Notes under the pieces: generated by a model
Databases searched by the model: none
What the model saw: only the letters and a program-made list of their open reading frames with translations
What the model was told of the DNA's origin: nothing
Position numbers and translations under genes: made by a program
Assembly (NCBI GenBank): GCA_021613535.1
Contig: CP075496.1
Location: forward strand, 14,694,001 to 14,758,000
Length of the DNA stretch: 64,000 nucleotides
Direction of reading: 5' to 3'
Source of the DNA: Adineta vaga
Taxonomy: Eukaryota; Animalia; Rotifera
Shown here: piece by piece, positions 53,501 to 63,209 of the stretch
Layout: every line of letters begins with the position of its first letter
Position numbering within the stretch: the stretch's first letter is position 1

Positions 53501-54729
53501 CAGTACCAGTAGATGTAAATCTACTTGCCCTCATTCAATCCTTCAAGTCCTCAAGCCTTATACTAGGTACATACGAAACAAAAATGGTTGCTATACTGAA
53601 TCATTTTTGAAACGAAATCGAAACCCTTTGGTAAGTTTCTTATTAACCTAAGACGATTCTATTAGACTTGCTGAGGGATAACTAATATTTTCTGGAGGTT
53701 TCATTTGATCTGAAAGACGTTTTTAGATGGTCGTTGTTTACTATGAAACACTTTTTAAGTACAGGACAGCCTCTTTGATTTCGCCTACCACCATTTTTTT
53801 GTGAAACACGATCTGGAAGAGTGTTGAAGTGTACAAGGTGCAAAATTTGGACTCACAGACGTGACAGACTGGTTCAAAGACCCTTTCACAGACTTGAACG
53901 ACACTTCTACAAGTCCCATCACAGGCGTCACAGACTCAGAACCTTCTACAAAGATGGCCGACTGATTCAATTACTCTATGACTTCATCTTGAGGGTTTGG
54001 ACGTGGATGAGGATAGCCCATTTACACATCAAGTCTACCCACACTTATCCTCTCTATCAATATGGACAGATCTATGGTGTTTCACATTTTCAATCCCAAA
54101 AGGATTGCACTAAAAGCTTTTTAATGTTGGTAGATATCTAATCACGGGGTGGGTATGTGAGTAAGGGTAAGGATGCGGTATTCATTTCACACACATATCC
54201 TCAAGATGCGTCTACTAGAGCATTGACATGATCATAATCTATGGCAGAGTAAACATATTGACTTTAAAGCTAAAATTTCAGTTTCGGTATTGAAGCATGT
54301 CTTGATTAGTCCCAATCATAAATTATTTTTGCCATGGATATTCGACTTAGTTGCAGAATATCATGCCTCGTTGACTAGCTATGTCCATTTATGCGTTATT
54401 ATGCGAAATTTCATCTAATGTAGTAAATAAACAAAGTATGTGTGATTTGCGTTTATAGGAAACTCAATTGGTGGCTATCTAATGAATGTCATTGGCTTTT
54501 CATGGATATGTATTATGGCAGCTGTTCTGCAATTTTTGTATGCACCTCTCCTTATTTTTCTCCGTGTAGAAAAGGAAGCAAAATCGGAAGATGAACATCA
54601 AGTAACTCTAAATATCTATATAATTATATTATTTACTTGAACAAGTTATTTTTCTCTCTTTAGTCATTGATTAAAGACGAATCAATGACATCAATGGTCT
54701 CGCCCGATAGCTCTACTATCCCTCGATAA
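41527..54729 (+). CDS. MFS transporter, SLC18 (vesicular amine transporter)-like, ~16 exons
   Basis: Exon 1 41527-41638 SRLLVIIICFVAFFLEYTLYMCV joins IPIIPNYL (46687); RIGYTIPMFLG, ARVIEGVG, RFPDDHERG, GPIYGGVLY, QDPLILI, ELRHSSSDFASVFALFD; stop at 54729. Confidence 0.85.
41911..42220. mobile_element. Degenerate ~310-bp MITE
   Basis: Imperfect TIR TCCAGATCACGTGGGTGAAGTTAG / CTAACTTTACTCGCGTGGCCTGGA. Confidence 0.45.
42652..45288. mobile_element. Long-TIR non-autonomous DNA transposon (CCCAG termini, possibly CMC/EnSpm-like) in SLC18 intron 1
   Basis: Left arm 42652-~43210 mirrors ~43900-43967 plus ~45036-45288; TGCA flanks both CCCAG/CTGGG ends. Confidence 0.75.
43977..44981. mobile_element. 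MULE-type non-autonomous element nested in the right TIR of the previous element
   Basis: TIR ATCAGTGTGAAGCTA(A/G)CACCAC; perfect 9-bp TSD CTTCATTTC (43968-43976, 44982-44990). Confidence 0.85.
45338..45589. repeat. Imperfect ~250-bp palindrome (MITE core)
   Basis: TCATTCTCGAGTTTTGGCTTGAAACTTCGTA mirrored by TACGAAGTTTCAAGCCAAAACTCGAGAATGA. Confidence 0.75.
45806..46466. mobile_element. Degenerate foldback MITE hosting a hAT MITE
   Basis: CATAATAGCAAGCGTAATCGAAAACAAATTTCATTTT mirrored by AAAATGAAATCTGTTTTCGGTTACGTTTGCTATTATG. Confidence 0.55.
46116..46283. mobile_element. 168-bp hAT MITE
   Basis: TIR CAAGGGGAAAC; perfect 8-bp TSD TATGAATG; internal GGACTCC/GGAGTCC repeats. Confidence 0.85.
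47983..49146 (-). mobile_element. Decayed Tc1/mariner maT (DD37D) transposon in an SLC18 intron
   Basis: ~55-bp TIRs with TA flanks; FSDEKMF, WTYQQDGAKPH and PPNSP.MNPLDY with 37 residues between the second and third Asp; stops and frameshifts. Confidence 0.9.
51434..52025 (+). mobile_element. Non-autonomous Helitron
   Basis: A|TC start followed by (TA)n and GTTTGTCTGTCTGTTCGCTATGC; 3' hairpin CGGA-TACC-TCCG then CTAG|T. Confidence 0.75.
53985..54208. mobile_element. 224-bp element with CATCTTGAGG termini and telomere-hexamer hairpins at both ends
   Basis: CATCTTGAGGG...CCTCAAGATG inverted ends, each end carrying a degenerate GGGTGT.../...ACACCC cassette. Confidence 0.55.
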
Positions 54730-55379
54730 TCAACTTCATAACTGTAGACTTTTGATTCATTTTATATGAATCATTTTAAATGCCTCTATACTAATCGATG
54801 TGAAGCTAGCACGACTATCAATTAGAAGCAAGACAATAAGTGATCTATAGAAACTAATGTCACGTGGGAATGGCTTTTTCTAGTATATTCTCATTTAAAT
54901 TGAGAGAATTGGGAAAGGATCAGAAAGTGACGTTCCCTAATTCTTGACTAGTTTGTTTCTATATATATACGAATTTTTCTCTCCGTTAACTGTTTATATT
55001 CAATAATTTCTCTATTCATACGCAATAAGCAGAAGAACACAAATGGCTATCGACAGAAAATTAGGGATGCGCAATTTCAATAAACCGTGCACTGACATCA
55101 AAGAGGAAAGGACATACTTTTGTATTTCAACTTCTTTGAGCTACTTCCAAGGGTAATAATTGAAAACGTTGGAAAAAGAAGATTGGCGCAAACTTTGATC
55201 GAATAAAAAAGGTCCATTGAATGATGTATCAAAATGAATGAATAATAATGTATTCGATTAAAAAATTTTATTTTATTTATTCCACCAAATATTTATTCGT
55301 AAATGATAAGATTATATACTGAAAGATTCAATTGATAACCTTTATTAATACATTGTATTACATCACTTGCAGAATGCTT

Positions 55380-55790
55380 TTGCGACTAAAAGTGACAAGC
55401 CGTCTAATAATTTTTCTGCATCGGTTTCTTTTTTGTTAATATCGTTCGTTGAGAGTGTTCATTCTTTTTTGACTGGCATCGGTGGATTTAGATTTGGACA
55501 CATTTGTGAACCTGTGTTGATCTTGACGTATAAATGTTGAAATCGACTTTCTCTATTGATAATACATCTGATGAATGACCAAATATTTGCATGTGCTTGT
55601 TCGATACGTCGGTTCAATCGATTATGAAAACCTAAATATATGAATCGTAGCACAATGTTAATAAAGAATCAATAAACGTACCTTCGCAAACGTAGTTGGT
55701 CTTGTGTTGAGAACCATATACATTCTACATTTCTAATGGCACATTATTCATCCATAATCATCACAATATAACAATATAACAATGATTGAC
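55380..55790 (-). mobile_element. MULE transposase C-terminal remnant with an intron
   Basis: PLEM*NVYG..HKTNYVCE|GFHNRLNRRIEQAHANIWSFI matches the WNV..RTNN..EGWHNRFN..HPNIW motif. Confidence 0.7.
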
Positions 55791-56019
55791 GAAGAGCTTC
55801 TTTCACTCTTGGATTTGCTGTTTTTCGTAAATTTTAAAAAGAAGTTTCCACTTCTACAACTGGTAATAAGTTGTGGATATAGATGTGATGTGGGTGAGGG
55901 TTTCTTGTATTCAAAGTAACCCACACCCATCCCACTTTCAAATATGCACTACACATTATGCTTCTAATGCTGTTAGCGTCTGTGATGAATAACTCGACGC
56001 TAAAATCGATATTAAGTTG

Positions 56020-56092
56020 GTCTTTCTAGTCTAACTGGCTAGAACATCTGCCCGGATAGCAGAAGGTGTGGGTTCGAGTCCCACGAAGGTCA
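56020..56092 (+). tRNA. tRNA-like cloverleaf (GGA at anticodon position); likely pseudo-tRNA or SINE head
   Basis: A-box TAGTCTAACTGG; anticodon arm TCTGC-CCGGATA-GCAGA; T-arm GTGGG-TTCGAGT-CCCAC; 6/7 acceptor pairs; TTTTT follows. Confidence 0.65.
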
Positions 56093-56870
56093 CTTTTTCT
56101 CCATTTTCTCTTTCTTTCGTTCTCTTTCGCTGATGACCCTTTCATGGCTCATATATGAAGCTAACATATTCAATTTTTTAAAATTTTGTTCAATATGCTT
56201 CAGTAATTCTTTAATCAGTAACGATGCTTCTTCTTGTGATTTTAGTGATGGTTCACATTTTATTTTTATTGGTGGAAACCGTTCTTCAACAGCAAACTTC
56301 ATTGCATGTCGCGATACATATATATGATCGTTGACCATACTTTCCCAGCTTCCTTTTTCATTTTTTTTTCTCGTAACTTGTGTTTCTCTGTTCATTTTTA
56401 TTGTTATTAATCACGTGTTGGTCTCCGTTTGGAGTAGTGTATTGATTGTTGTCAAAATTTGGCAGCTGTTGATTATTTTGTCTTTCCTCCTTTTTTTGTT
56501 CTTCATCTTCTGATATATATCTAGCTGAATTTTGCTTTCTGTTCTACCATGTCCATATGTAGACGATCTTATTGTTCGACTGTGTATAAAGGATTCAGTG
56601 CGTGGTGTTTTGTTACTTCTTCTATTCGATATTGTTTGAATTTCCATTTATTTGCTTCATCTTCACTTTCATCTTCTTGACAATCTTCATATTCATCTTG
56701 ATTGTTATCCATTTTACTTTTAGTTCTTTTCAAGGACAATTTTTCATTAACATTGTTTACCGTGTCATATCTCTTGTTCAGTTTATGACTTTGTTTGATA
56801 ATACCATTGTTACACAGGTCATTCTTATCTTCTTTGCTCATATCTGCGTAATAATTGTAATTGTTCATTT
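56090..56870 (-). mobile_element. Frameshifted ORF1 (gag-like) remnant of a non-LTR retrotransposon, tentative
   Basis: Overlapping broken ORFs ending in FAVEERFPPIKIKCEPSL...LIKELLKHIEQNFKKLN; no RT follows; family call from recollected similarity only. Confidence 0.4.
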
Positions 56871-57433
56871 GTGTTTACGTAATTGATAATACAAGAAGTA
56901 AAGTTAAGTGAGTTTTACAAAGAAAAACTTTGTAATAATAATATACACGTTTGTCACACGATACTCGTGTGTCAGTAAAGGAGGAACGATACGTCTACCT
57001 TCGACGTGTAAAAGAGAGAAGTGATCTTTATTATTATTCGAGCTTCGTGCGATATCTTGAGGAATTACTAGAAAAAGAAGAACACAAATGCAATCAAAAC
57101 TTATAAATTCGCCATAAAAACTTTTTTGAACATTTCAACACGATTTTCAAGATCAGTACATTGTATTTTTCAAATTATTTATTACAATTTCTTTATCATC
57201 AATCGTATTTGTATCAACCAATTGAATTGGTCCTTGAGGATGTGGATGTCTGTGTAATAGTCAGATTCACCCGCGTTCTTACATTACACAAGATCTGTTG
57301 CAAAGTATTTTTGGACATGTATGTTTGGTATAAGTTTGAAGAAAACATTTTTGAACTACCTTTTCTCAGCGGTTTCCAGCGCTGCAGAATTGTTATCGAT
57401 GCCATAAAAATGATTCTTCTTCTGAACCAAAGG

Positions 57434-57495
57434 CAAGGGGGAAACGGCAGATTCCAGGACTCCATTGGACTCCTGGAGTCTGCTGTTTCCCCTTG
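57434..57495. mobile_element. 62-bp minimal hAT MITE, same family as 46116-46283
   Basis: CAAGGGG(G)AAAC...GTTTCCCCTTG; TSD ACCAAAGG/ACCAAATG. Confidence 0.8.
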
Positions 57496-58823
57496 ACCAA
57501 ATGGCTGCAGTCAAAGGTACGTAAAAGTCTGGTATGACCCATATTCATTTTTTACACGTGGGTTGTCATGAGAATAGAACTCTATACGTGGTTGATGTAG
57601 GGCGTGTATTGACGTTTTACTCGCTGAGATTTGCAAGGGCCGAATTGACTAAGGGGTAAAGTATCACAACAAACGGCTCGATCATTCTGTCACTCATAGA
57701 AGTGAGTCCTAACCCAAAGATCTACAACTGTTCAAAGTTTCATGTTAATCTAGGTTCTTCTTTCGGATGGACCGAAATGATAGAAAATGTGACGCATTCT
57801 TTAAACTATTTCAATCTGTTTTCAGCTATTCTTGAAATACATCTCCCGTTATGGCTGCAAGAGATAAAAGCAAACAACAAATTATTGGTTTACCATCAAA
57901 GAACAAAAGAGCTACTGTACGATAAGTTGGAAGATGATATCGGCAAAGTGTTGTCAAATTGCGACACTTAATTAAACAGGGATACGTAATACTTTACAAA
58001 GAATAACCAAACTTTAAACTTTACTCCATTTTCCAGACCCAATTCAGGTTGACTGCTATAAACTTAAATCTGTAGCTGTTTTACTAGCACTACGTTTTGA
58101 AAGTCTTGGATACGTCTTACTTCAACTCAGTTCATCTACCAACTGTTTGATGTCTTGAATCTTTTAGGAAAAAGAATGAAAAAAAGAGAGCGATCAAAAG
58201 AAAAATTCGAAGAGAAGGAAAGAAAGAGCGAAGAACAATATTACATATTACTGCAGTAGAAATGGAAGCTGTCATGCGACACTCTAAGTGAATAAACAAA
58301 TTTCGCGGAACCCATGAAAAAAGTTGCTTACGTGTGCAAAAATTCAACAGATTCAACGAAACATTTTTCAAAATTGTCGAAACTTAAAACGGATCTGACC
58401 ACGAGTACATACGCTTTGAATCATCTTCAACGAAACTATCTTTTGCTGTGCGAAATTTTAAAATGTTTTGTAAAAGATGATTCGGAGCGTGTACTCGCGG
58501 TCAGATCCTTTTTAAGTTTCGACAATTTTAAAAATCATTGCTTTGAATCTGTTGATGTATTAGGAGGGTGGGTGTGGGTACTATATTCATCTAACACTCA
58601 CACCCACCCACACCCATGCCAGTGATAGTAAAGAGGAACCCGATGAGCGAATGGTTTATATTCGAATTACACTGAAAAGAAAATCAATAAAAAAACCTTT
58701 TTCTCAAAGTAGCAGGTTTGAATGAGTTTTATATTGGATAAAATTTTCATATTCAAACAAATATTCTTTGTCACTGACTATCTTCAAATGTTCTTCATTT
58801 ATAGGTATGCAATGTAACTATGA

Positions 58824-59968
58824 CAGGGGCGGCGGAACGTTTCAAAATGAGGTGAGGCTCATTGAAATATTTCTAATAGTAAAGACAAAAACGTTATATA
58901 TTGATACATATATTACTTTTAGATATTACTGCATAAAGTTCAGGCAACGCTTGTTTCGAACCGTTCGAATAATCTTAACATGAACGTGACACTCATAACA
59001 AAAACATAGCCACATTTCATTCCATATGAACGCATGATAAGATGATTGCTCCATCACATACACCACATTCACTAAATAAAATAAAAGATGTCACTGAAAA
59101 TCATGATAATATCGATACTATACTTCTTTACGATCTCCGCTTTTTATTCTTCTTTAACTTATTAGATAAAAAAGCTTTCAGCGCAATCCCTTGTGGGATT
59201 AAAAATGTGAAACACGATAAAGCTGTTTCTATTATTGCAACGGAGATCTCTGATCGATAATTGTTCTGTGTTTACATTATTGCCAAAATCTGAGTTATCT
59301 GTGATAATTTTCATAGATAAATGCATAAGAAGCTGTAAGTGAATGAGGGTGAGTGTGGGTAAGCTTAAAGTGTAAATAAGCTACCCTCAACCGCGCCCGC
59401 ACGCTCAAAATGGGCTCATTGCATCTGCCGGTAACGCTGTTACGGGGTTGTCAGGCTGCCGGTCACGTCTGTGATAGGGATTTTAGGCTGTCGGTTACGT
59501 CTGTGATGGGATCATTAAGTCTGTAGGTCACGTCTGTAAGGGGATCATTGAGTCTGTCGGTAACGTCCGTGATGGATAATTGCCCCCTGTCGGTAACGTC
59601 TGTGATGAATCACTGATTGTGTCGGTCACGTCTGTGAGGCTCATTGACCCTGTTGGTCACATCTGTAAGGGGGCAATTTAAGCTGTCGGTAACGTCTGTG
59701 AGGGGTAATTTAGCTGGTCGGTGACGTATGTGGGGGGAGGGCGTAGCATTGCTTATCTGTCGGTGACGCCTGTGGGGGTGGATGCAAATTTCTGCCCTTA
59801 AACACTTCAACACTCTCTTTCAGATCGTGTTTCACAAAACTAAATATCGTATCAATTTCTATATCAACATACTTTTTTCGAGATAAATATTTAAAAATAT
59901 ATTGAGCTTTAAAACTATAATTCAGGTGAGGCTCAAGCCTTTTCAGCCTACACGCTCCGCTGCCTATG
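58824..59968. mobile_element. hAT non-autonomous element, 1145 bp
   Basis: TIR CAGGGGCGGCGGAACG / CGCTCCGCTGCCTATG; perfect 8-bp TSD AACTATGA. Confidence 0.85.
59425..59775 (+). repeat. ~30-bp minisatellite with conserved core CTGTCGGT(A/C)ACGTCTGTGA
   Basis: About 11 copies of the core with variable ~10-bp linkers; a related reverse-strand array lies at ~53850-53950. Confidence 0.85.
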
Positions 59969-60406
59969 AACTATGATGTAACTTCAGATGATCGTGCTTG
60001 GAATAAATATTTGAAAAAAAAGTATTTATTTTATATCGATTCTTTATCTATTATCTTAATGAACTTTTAATGTTTTAGTTGGTAATTGTATTAAAAAAAA
60101 GTCAATTTCAATCAATAAAAGCACGTGCTGGTTCAAAATGGTCCCTATCTACTCGACAGAAAAATAAGGGAAAGAGAAACAAACCGAAAACTATACAACA
60201 GACTAGTGTCAATGAAAAAATAACTCAAAAACTGACCGATGAAATTATGACAGAAGTCAAGATATCTATTAAAAAGGGGTGTGGGTGCGGGTGCGGGTGT
60301 TGTGTATTGATTCATCAATCTCACCCTCATACTTACACCCTTTAGTTTCCAATACGATGAGGCGTATAATACATTTATTTTACGCGGTTAAATTTTATTT
60401 ATAGAT

Positions 60407-60610
60407 ATGTTCGGTATCCAAAACTTTACATTAGTATTACTACTTATAATATTTATTACACATTTAAATGGCGGACCAGTGGCTTATTTGGCATGTGTTA
60501 CTACATCGGCCGCTGCATGCTCAGCAGGAACGGCTTTAACTGGCACTCCATTATGTCTGGCGGCTTGTCAAGCAATGTATGCACCATTATTAGCTGCTCC
60601 AACATCCTAA
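60407..60610 (+). CDS. Small secreted Cys/Ala-rich peptide (GPxAY..C...C..ACxxLLxAPT family)
   Basis: Signal peptide ending LNG, mature GPVAYLACVTTSAAACSAGTALTGTPLCLAACQAMYAPLLAAPTS; AATAAA at the stop. Confidence 0.75.
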   Translation: MFGIQNFTLVLLLIIFITHLNGGPVAYLACVTTSAAACSAGTALTGTPLCLAACQAMYAPLLAAPTS

Positions 60611-60732
60611 TAAACTTTGGTAAATACGGATAGTTTTTTCCCATAAGATAGAGTGTGATTGCAAAACAGACTTCCCTTGTTGTCTGGTTTTTCTGTTTTT
60701 CTAATTTTCTAATTTTCCTTCTGCTTTTTTAA

Positions 60733-60977
60733 CCCTTTCAGGACGGGTGGTACATCATATATACCACTCGTAGTGAATTGATCGGAAATCTTAGATACTT
60801 ATTTTTTTATTTATAACGGCAACCCACCTCGAGCTAATTGTTCAGATCAGTAATACATATATGTATTATCTACCTCAAAAGAATTCAGAGAAAAGGTCGA
60901 AGTTGAAAGTGGATTAATATGCAGTAACTTCGCATTTCATCATTCTATTCAGAAATATTATTCCCGTCACGAAAAGG
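60733..60977. mobile_element. piggyBac-type MITE, 245 bp
   Basis: TTAA on both sides; TIR CCCTTTCAGGACGGG / CCCGTCACGAAAAGG. Confidence 0.8.
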
Positions 60978-62258
60978 TTAATATTGTGCTTTTTATACTT
61001 TCATCGAATATTTTATAATGGAAACAGTATTTTCGAAAATATCATGATAAAATGGCTATGAATACTTTCCAGTGAATTTAGCTATCATGACTAGTTTTAT
61101 CTATCGAGCAAGAAAATCTATACAGATGGGTTTTAAATCATATATGATTAGGAATAACTATTTAACATGTGTTATAATCAAAGTTAGTTTGGGTTAAGAA
61201 ATGAAAGCGGCCTGATTTGCGGGGAGACAAGACGCATGGTTTATTTATTTATTGTTTTAGTATGCAAAATAGTTACAATTAAACTTTAGTTTAGGGAGAA
61301 CGGTGAAAAAAATAAGTCATAGGAGTAATCTTCGATGAATCATGTCCTAGAAAACAAGTAAATACATTGATGATTCACGTTATCTGTTTTTTTTGCTAAG
61401 ATATCCCGTGAAGTTTTTTATTAATAAAGAAAGAATCCGGTGAAGGGTGTGGATGTCGTATATTTATTCATCAATCCCACCCTCGCCCATGACAAAGACA
61501 TTGTTTATATTATGAAAACGAGAAATAAAGAGAATTAATAATAAATATATTGAAATCAAAATAGGCAATTAGACTAGATAAACCGATTATAAGCGAAGCT
61601 TTAGTATCCGATTAAACATTCATGTTTAAGAAGAAAATTTTGATGATATCAATTCATAAAAAGAAAAGAATAAGATGCTATTCATCGTTTAATTTTTACA
61701 GTCATTTATTCATGAAGAACGATCCAAAAATAATATGTAATATGAAAATCTATTTAAATTATAACGATATAGATTTTAGTTTTTTTTATATATAACCGAC
61801 AAGAAAAGATCAAAAAATCGAAAAAATGCACAAATAATATAAAATCTCTTCAGTTTATCAAAATACTTAAGTAATATTTTTTTTCAGTAAACAAACATTT
61901 TATTTCATATTTAAATAATTAAATAATTGGTTGATTATAAGGAAGAATAACTTTGACCTACAATTTTATAAATTCATTATCATTTTTTCTTTCATAATTC
62001 CGTTTCCGATTTTTTGTCTTCAATTATTATTATATCTTTAAAATTCTATGGTTTATTAAGAATGAAAGAAATAACAGTCACTCATTCTCATTAATTATTG
62101 TTAATAGATAATTAGAAGAAGTAACTTTTATTTCTTCTATCTTTATTAAAACTTTTCGGAAGAGATATTCAACTGTAATTCATTGTTAATTTTCTCTAAT
62201 TAATGTTCAAATATATATAAGATAAGAACATTCTTTTTTTTTTCTCATTATTATTTCT

Positions 62259-63209
62259 ATGTCTGTATCAGCAATACTATATGCTTTTCATAAAGATTTA
62301 TTTCAATTTGGTGGTCCAATCTTAATATTCTTTGGTAGTCTTGGTTGTTTAATAAATCTGTTAGTTTTTACAAAAGATTCTTTACGAAAAAATCCATGTA
62401 CAATCTGTTTTATAACGATTAATACAGTTAATTTAATTTGTTTTTATGCAGTTGTTCTTGTTACCACACTTAGTGTTGGTTATGATATTGATCCAAGTTC
62501 AAAAAATCTTTATTTTTGTCGATTTCGTTTTTATATTGCTTATGTTTTATCATCTTGGGAATCAACTTGTCTTATATTGGCATCAATTGATCGTACATTA
62601 GTTACGTCATCTAAAGCAAATACAAGAAAATTAAGTACACGTCGATCAATTTTAATAAGTTTAATTAGTTTACATTTATTTTGGATGATTTTTCATATTC
62701 ATTCATTTATATTTATGGAAATTCAAGAATTTCAACCAAATGTTTTTGTTTGTTATTATCAATCAGGTCGATATACATTATTTATAACTTATTATTTACT
62801 TATATTTAATGGATTTCTTCCACCATTATTAATGACAATATTTGGATGTTTAACAATAAAAAATATTCGTCAAGTTAGTCATAAAATAATTCCAACAAAT
62901 ATATCACAAATTGGAAGACAATATATTCTTCAATCAAAAGATCGACAATTAATTCGAATGTTATTTGTTGATATAATTAGTTATACAATTAGTAAACTTC
63001 CATATGCATTTTATTATCTTTATCAACAAATAACAAAATATGAAAATAAAAATATTGAACAACAATTAATTGAACAATCTATTCTTATTTTAATTTATTT
63101 TTTATTTTTTATTGAAAATAGTATTAGTGGTTATACGAATATTTTGGTATCAAAAACTTTTCGTACAGAAATAAAACGAATTATTTTAAATATATGTCAT
63201 ATCGATTAG
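62259..63209 (+). CDS. Intronless class A (rhodopsin-like) orphan GPCR
   Basis: Seven hydrophobic segments, LRKNPC, CRFR, ASIDRT, TM7-helix 8 TNILVSKTFRTEI. Confidence 0.9.
   Translation: MSVSAILYAFHKDLFQFGGPILIFFGSLGCLINLLVFTKDSLRKNPCTICFITINTVNLICFYAVVLVTTLSVGYDIDPSSKNLYFCRFRFYIAYVLSSWESTCLILASIDRTLVTSSKANTRKLSTRRSILISLISLHLFWMIFHIHSFIFMEIQEFQPNVFVCYYQSGRYTLFITYYLLIFNGFLPPLLMTIFGCLTIKNIRQVSHKIIPTNISQIGRQYILQSKDRQLIRMLFVDIISYTISKLPYAFYYLYQQITKYENKNIEQQLIEQSILILIYFLFFIENSISGYTNILVSKTFRTEIKRIILNICHID

Noticed and set aside
55970-56005. Hammerhead ribozyme near TGTGATGA
   Set aside because: Lacks an exact CTGANGA...GAAA core with three stems
57650-58625. Coding-like fragments
   Set aside because: Interrupted by stops with no assignable motif; probably TE debris
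59425-59775. Possible CRISPR-like repeat-spacer array
   Set aside because: Linkers are only ~10 bp and resemble each other, and the array lies in a hAT element
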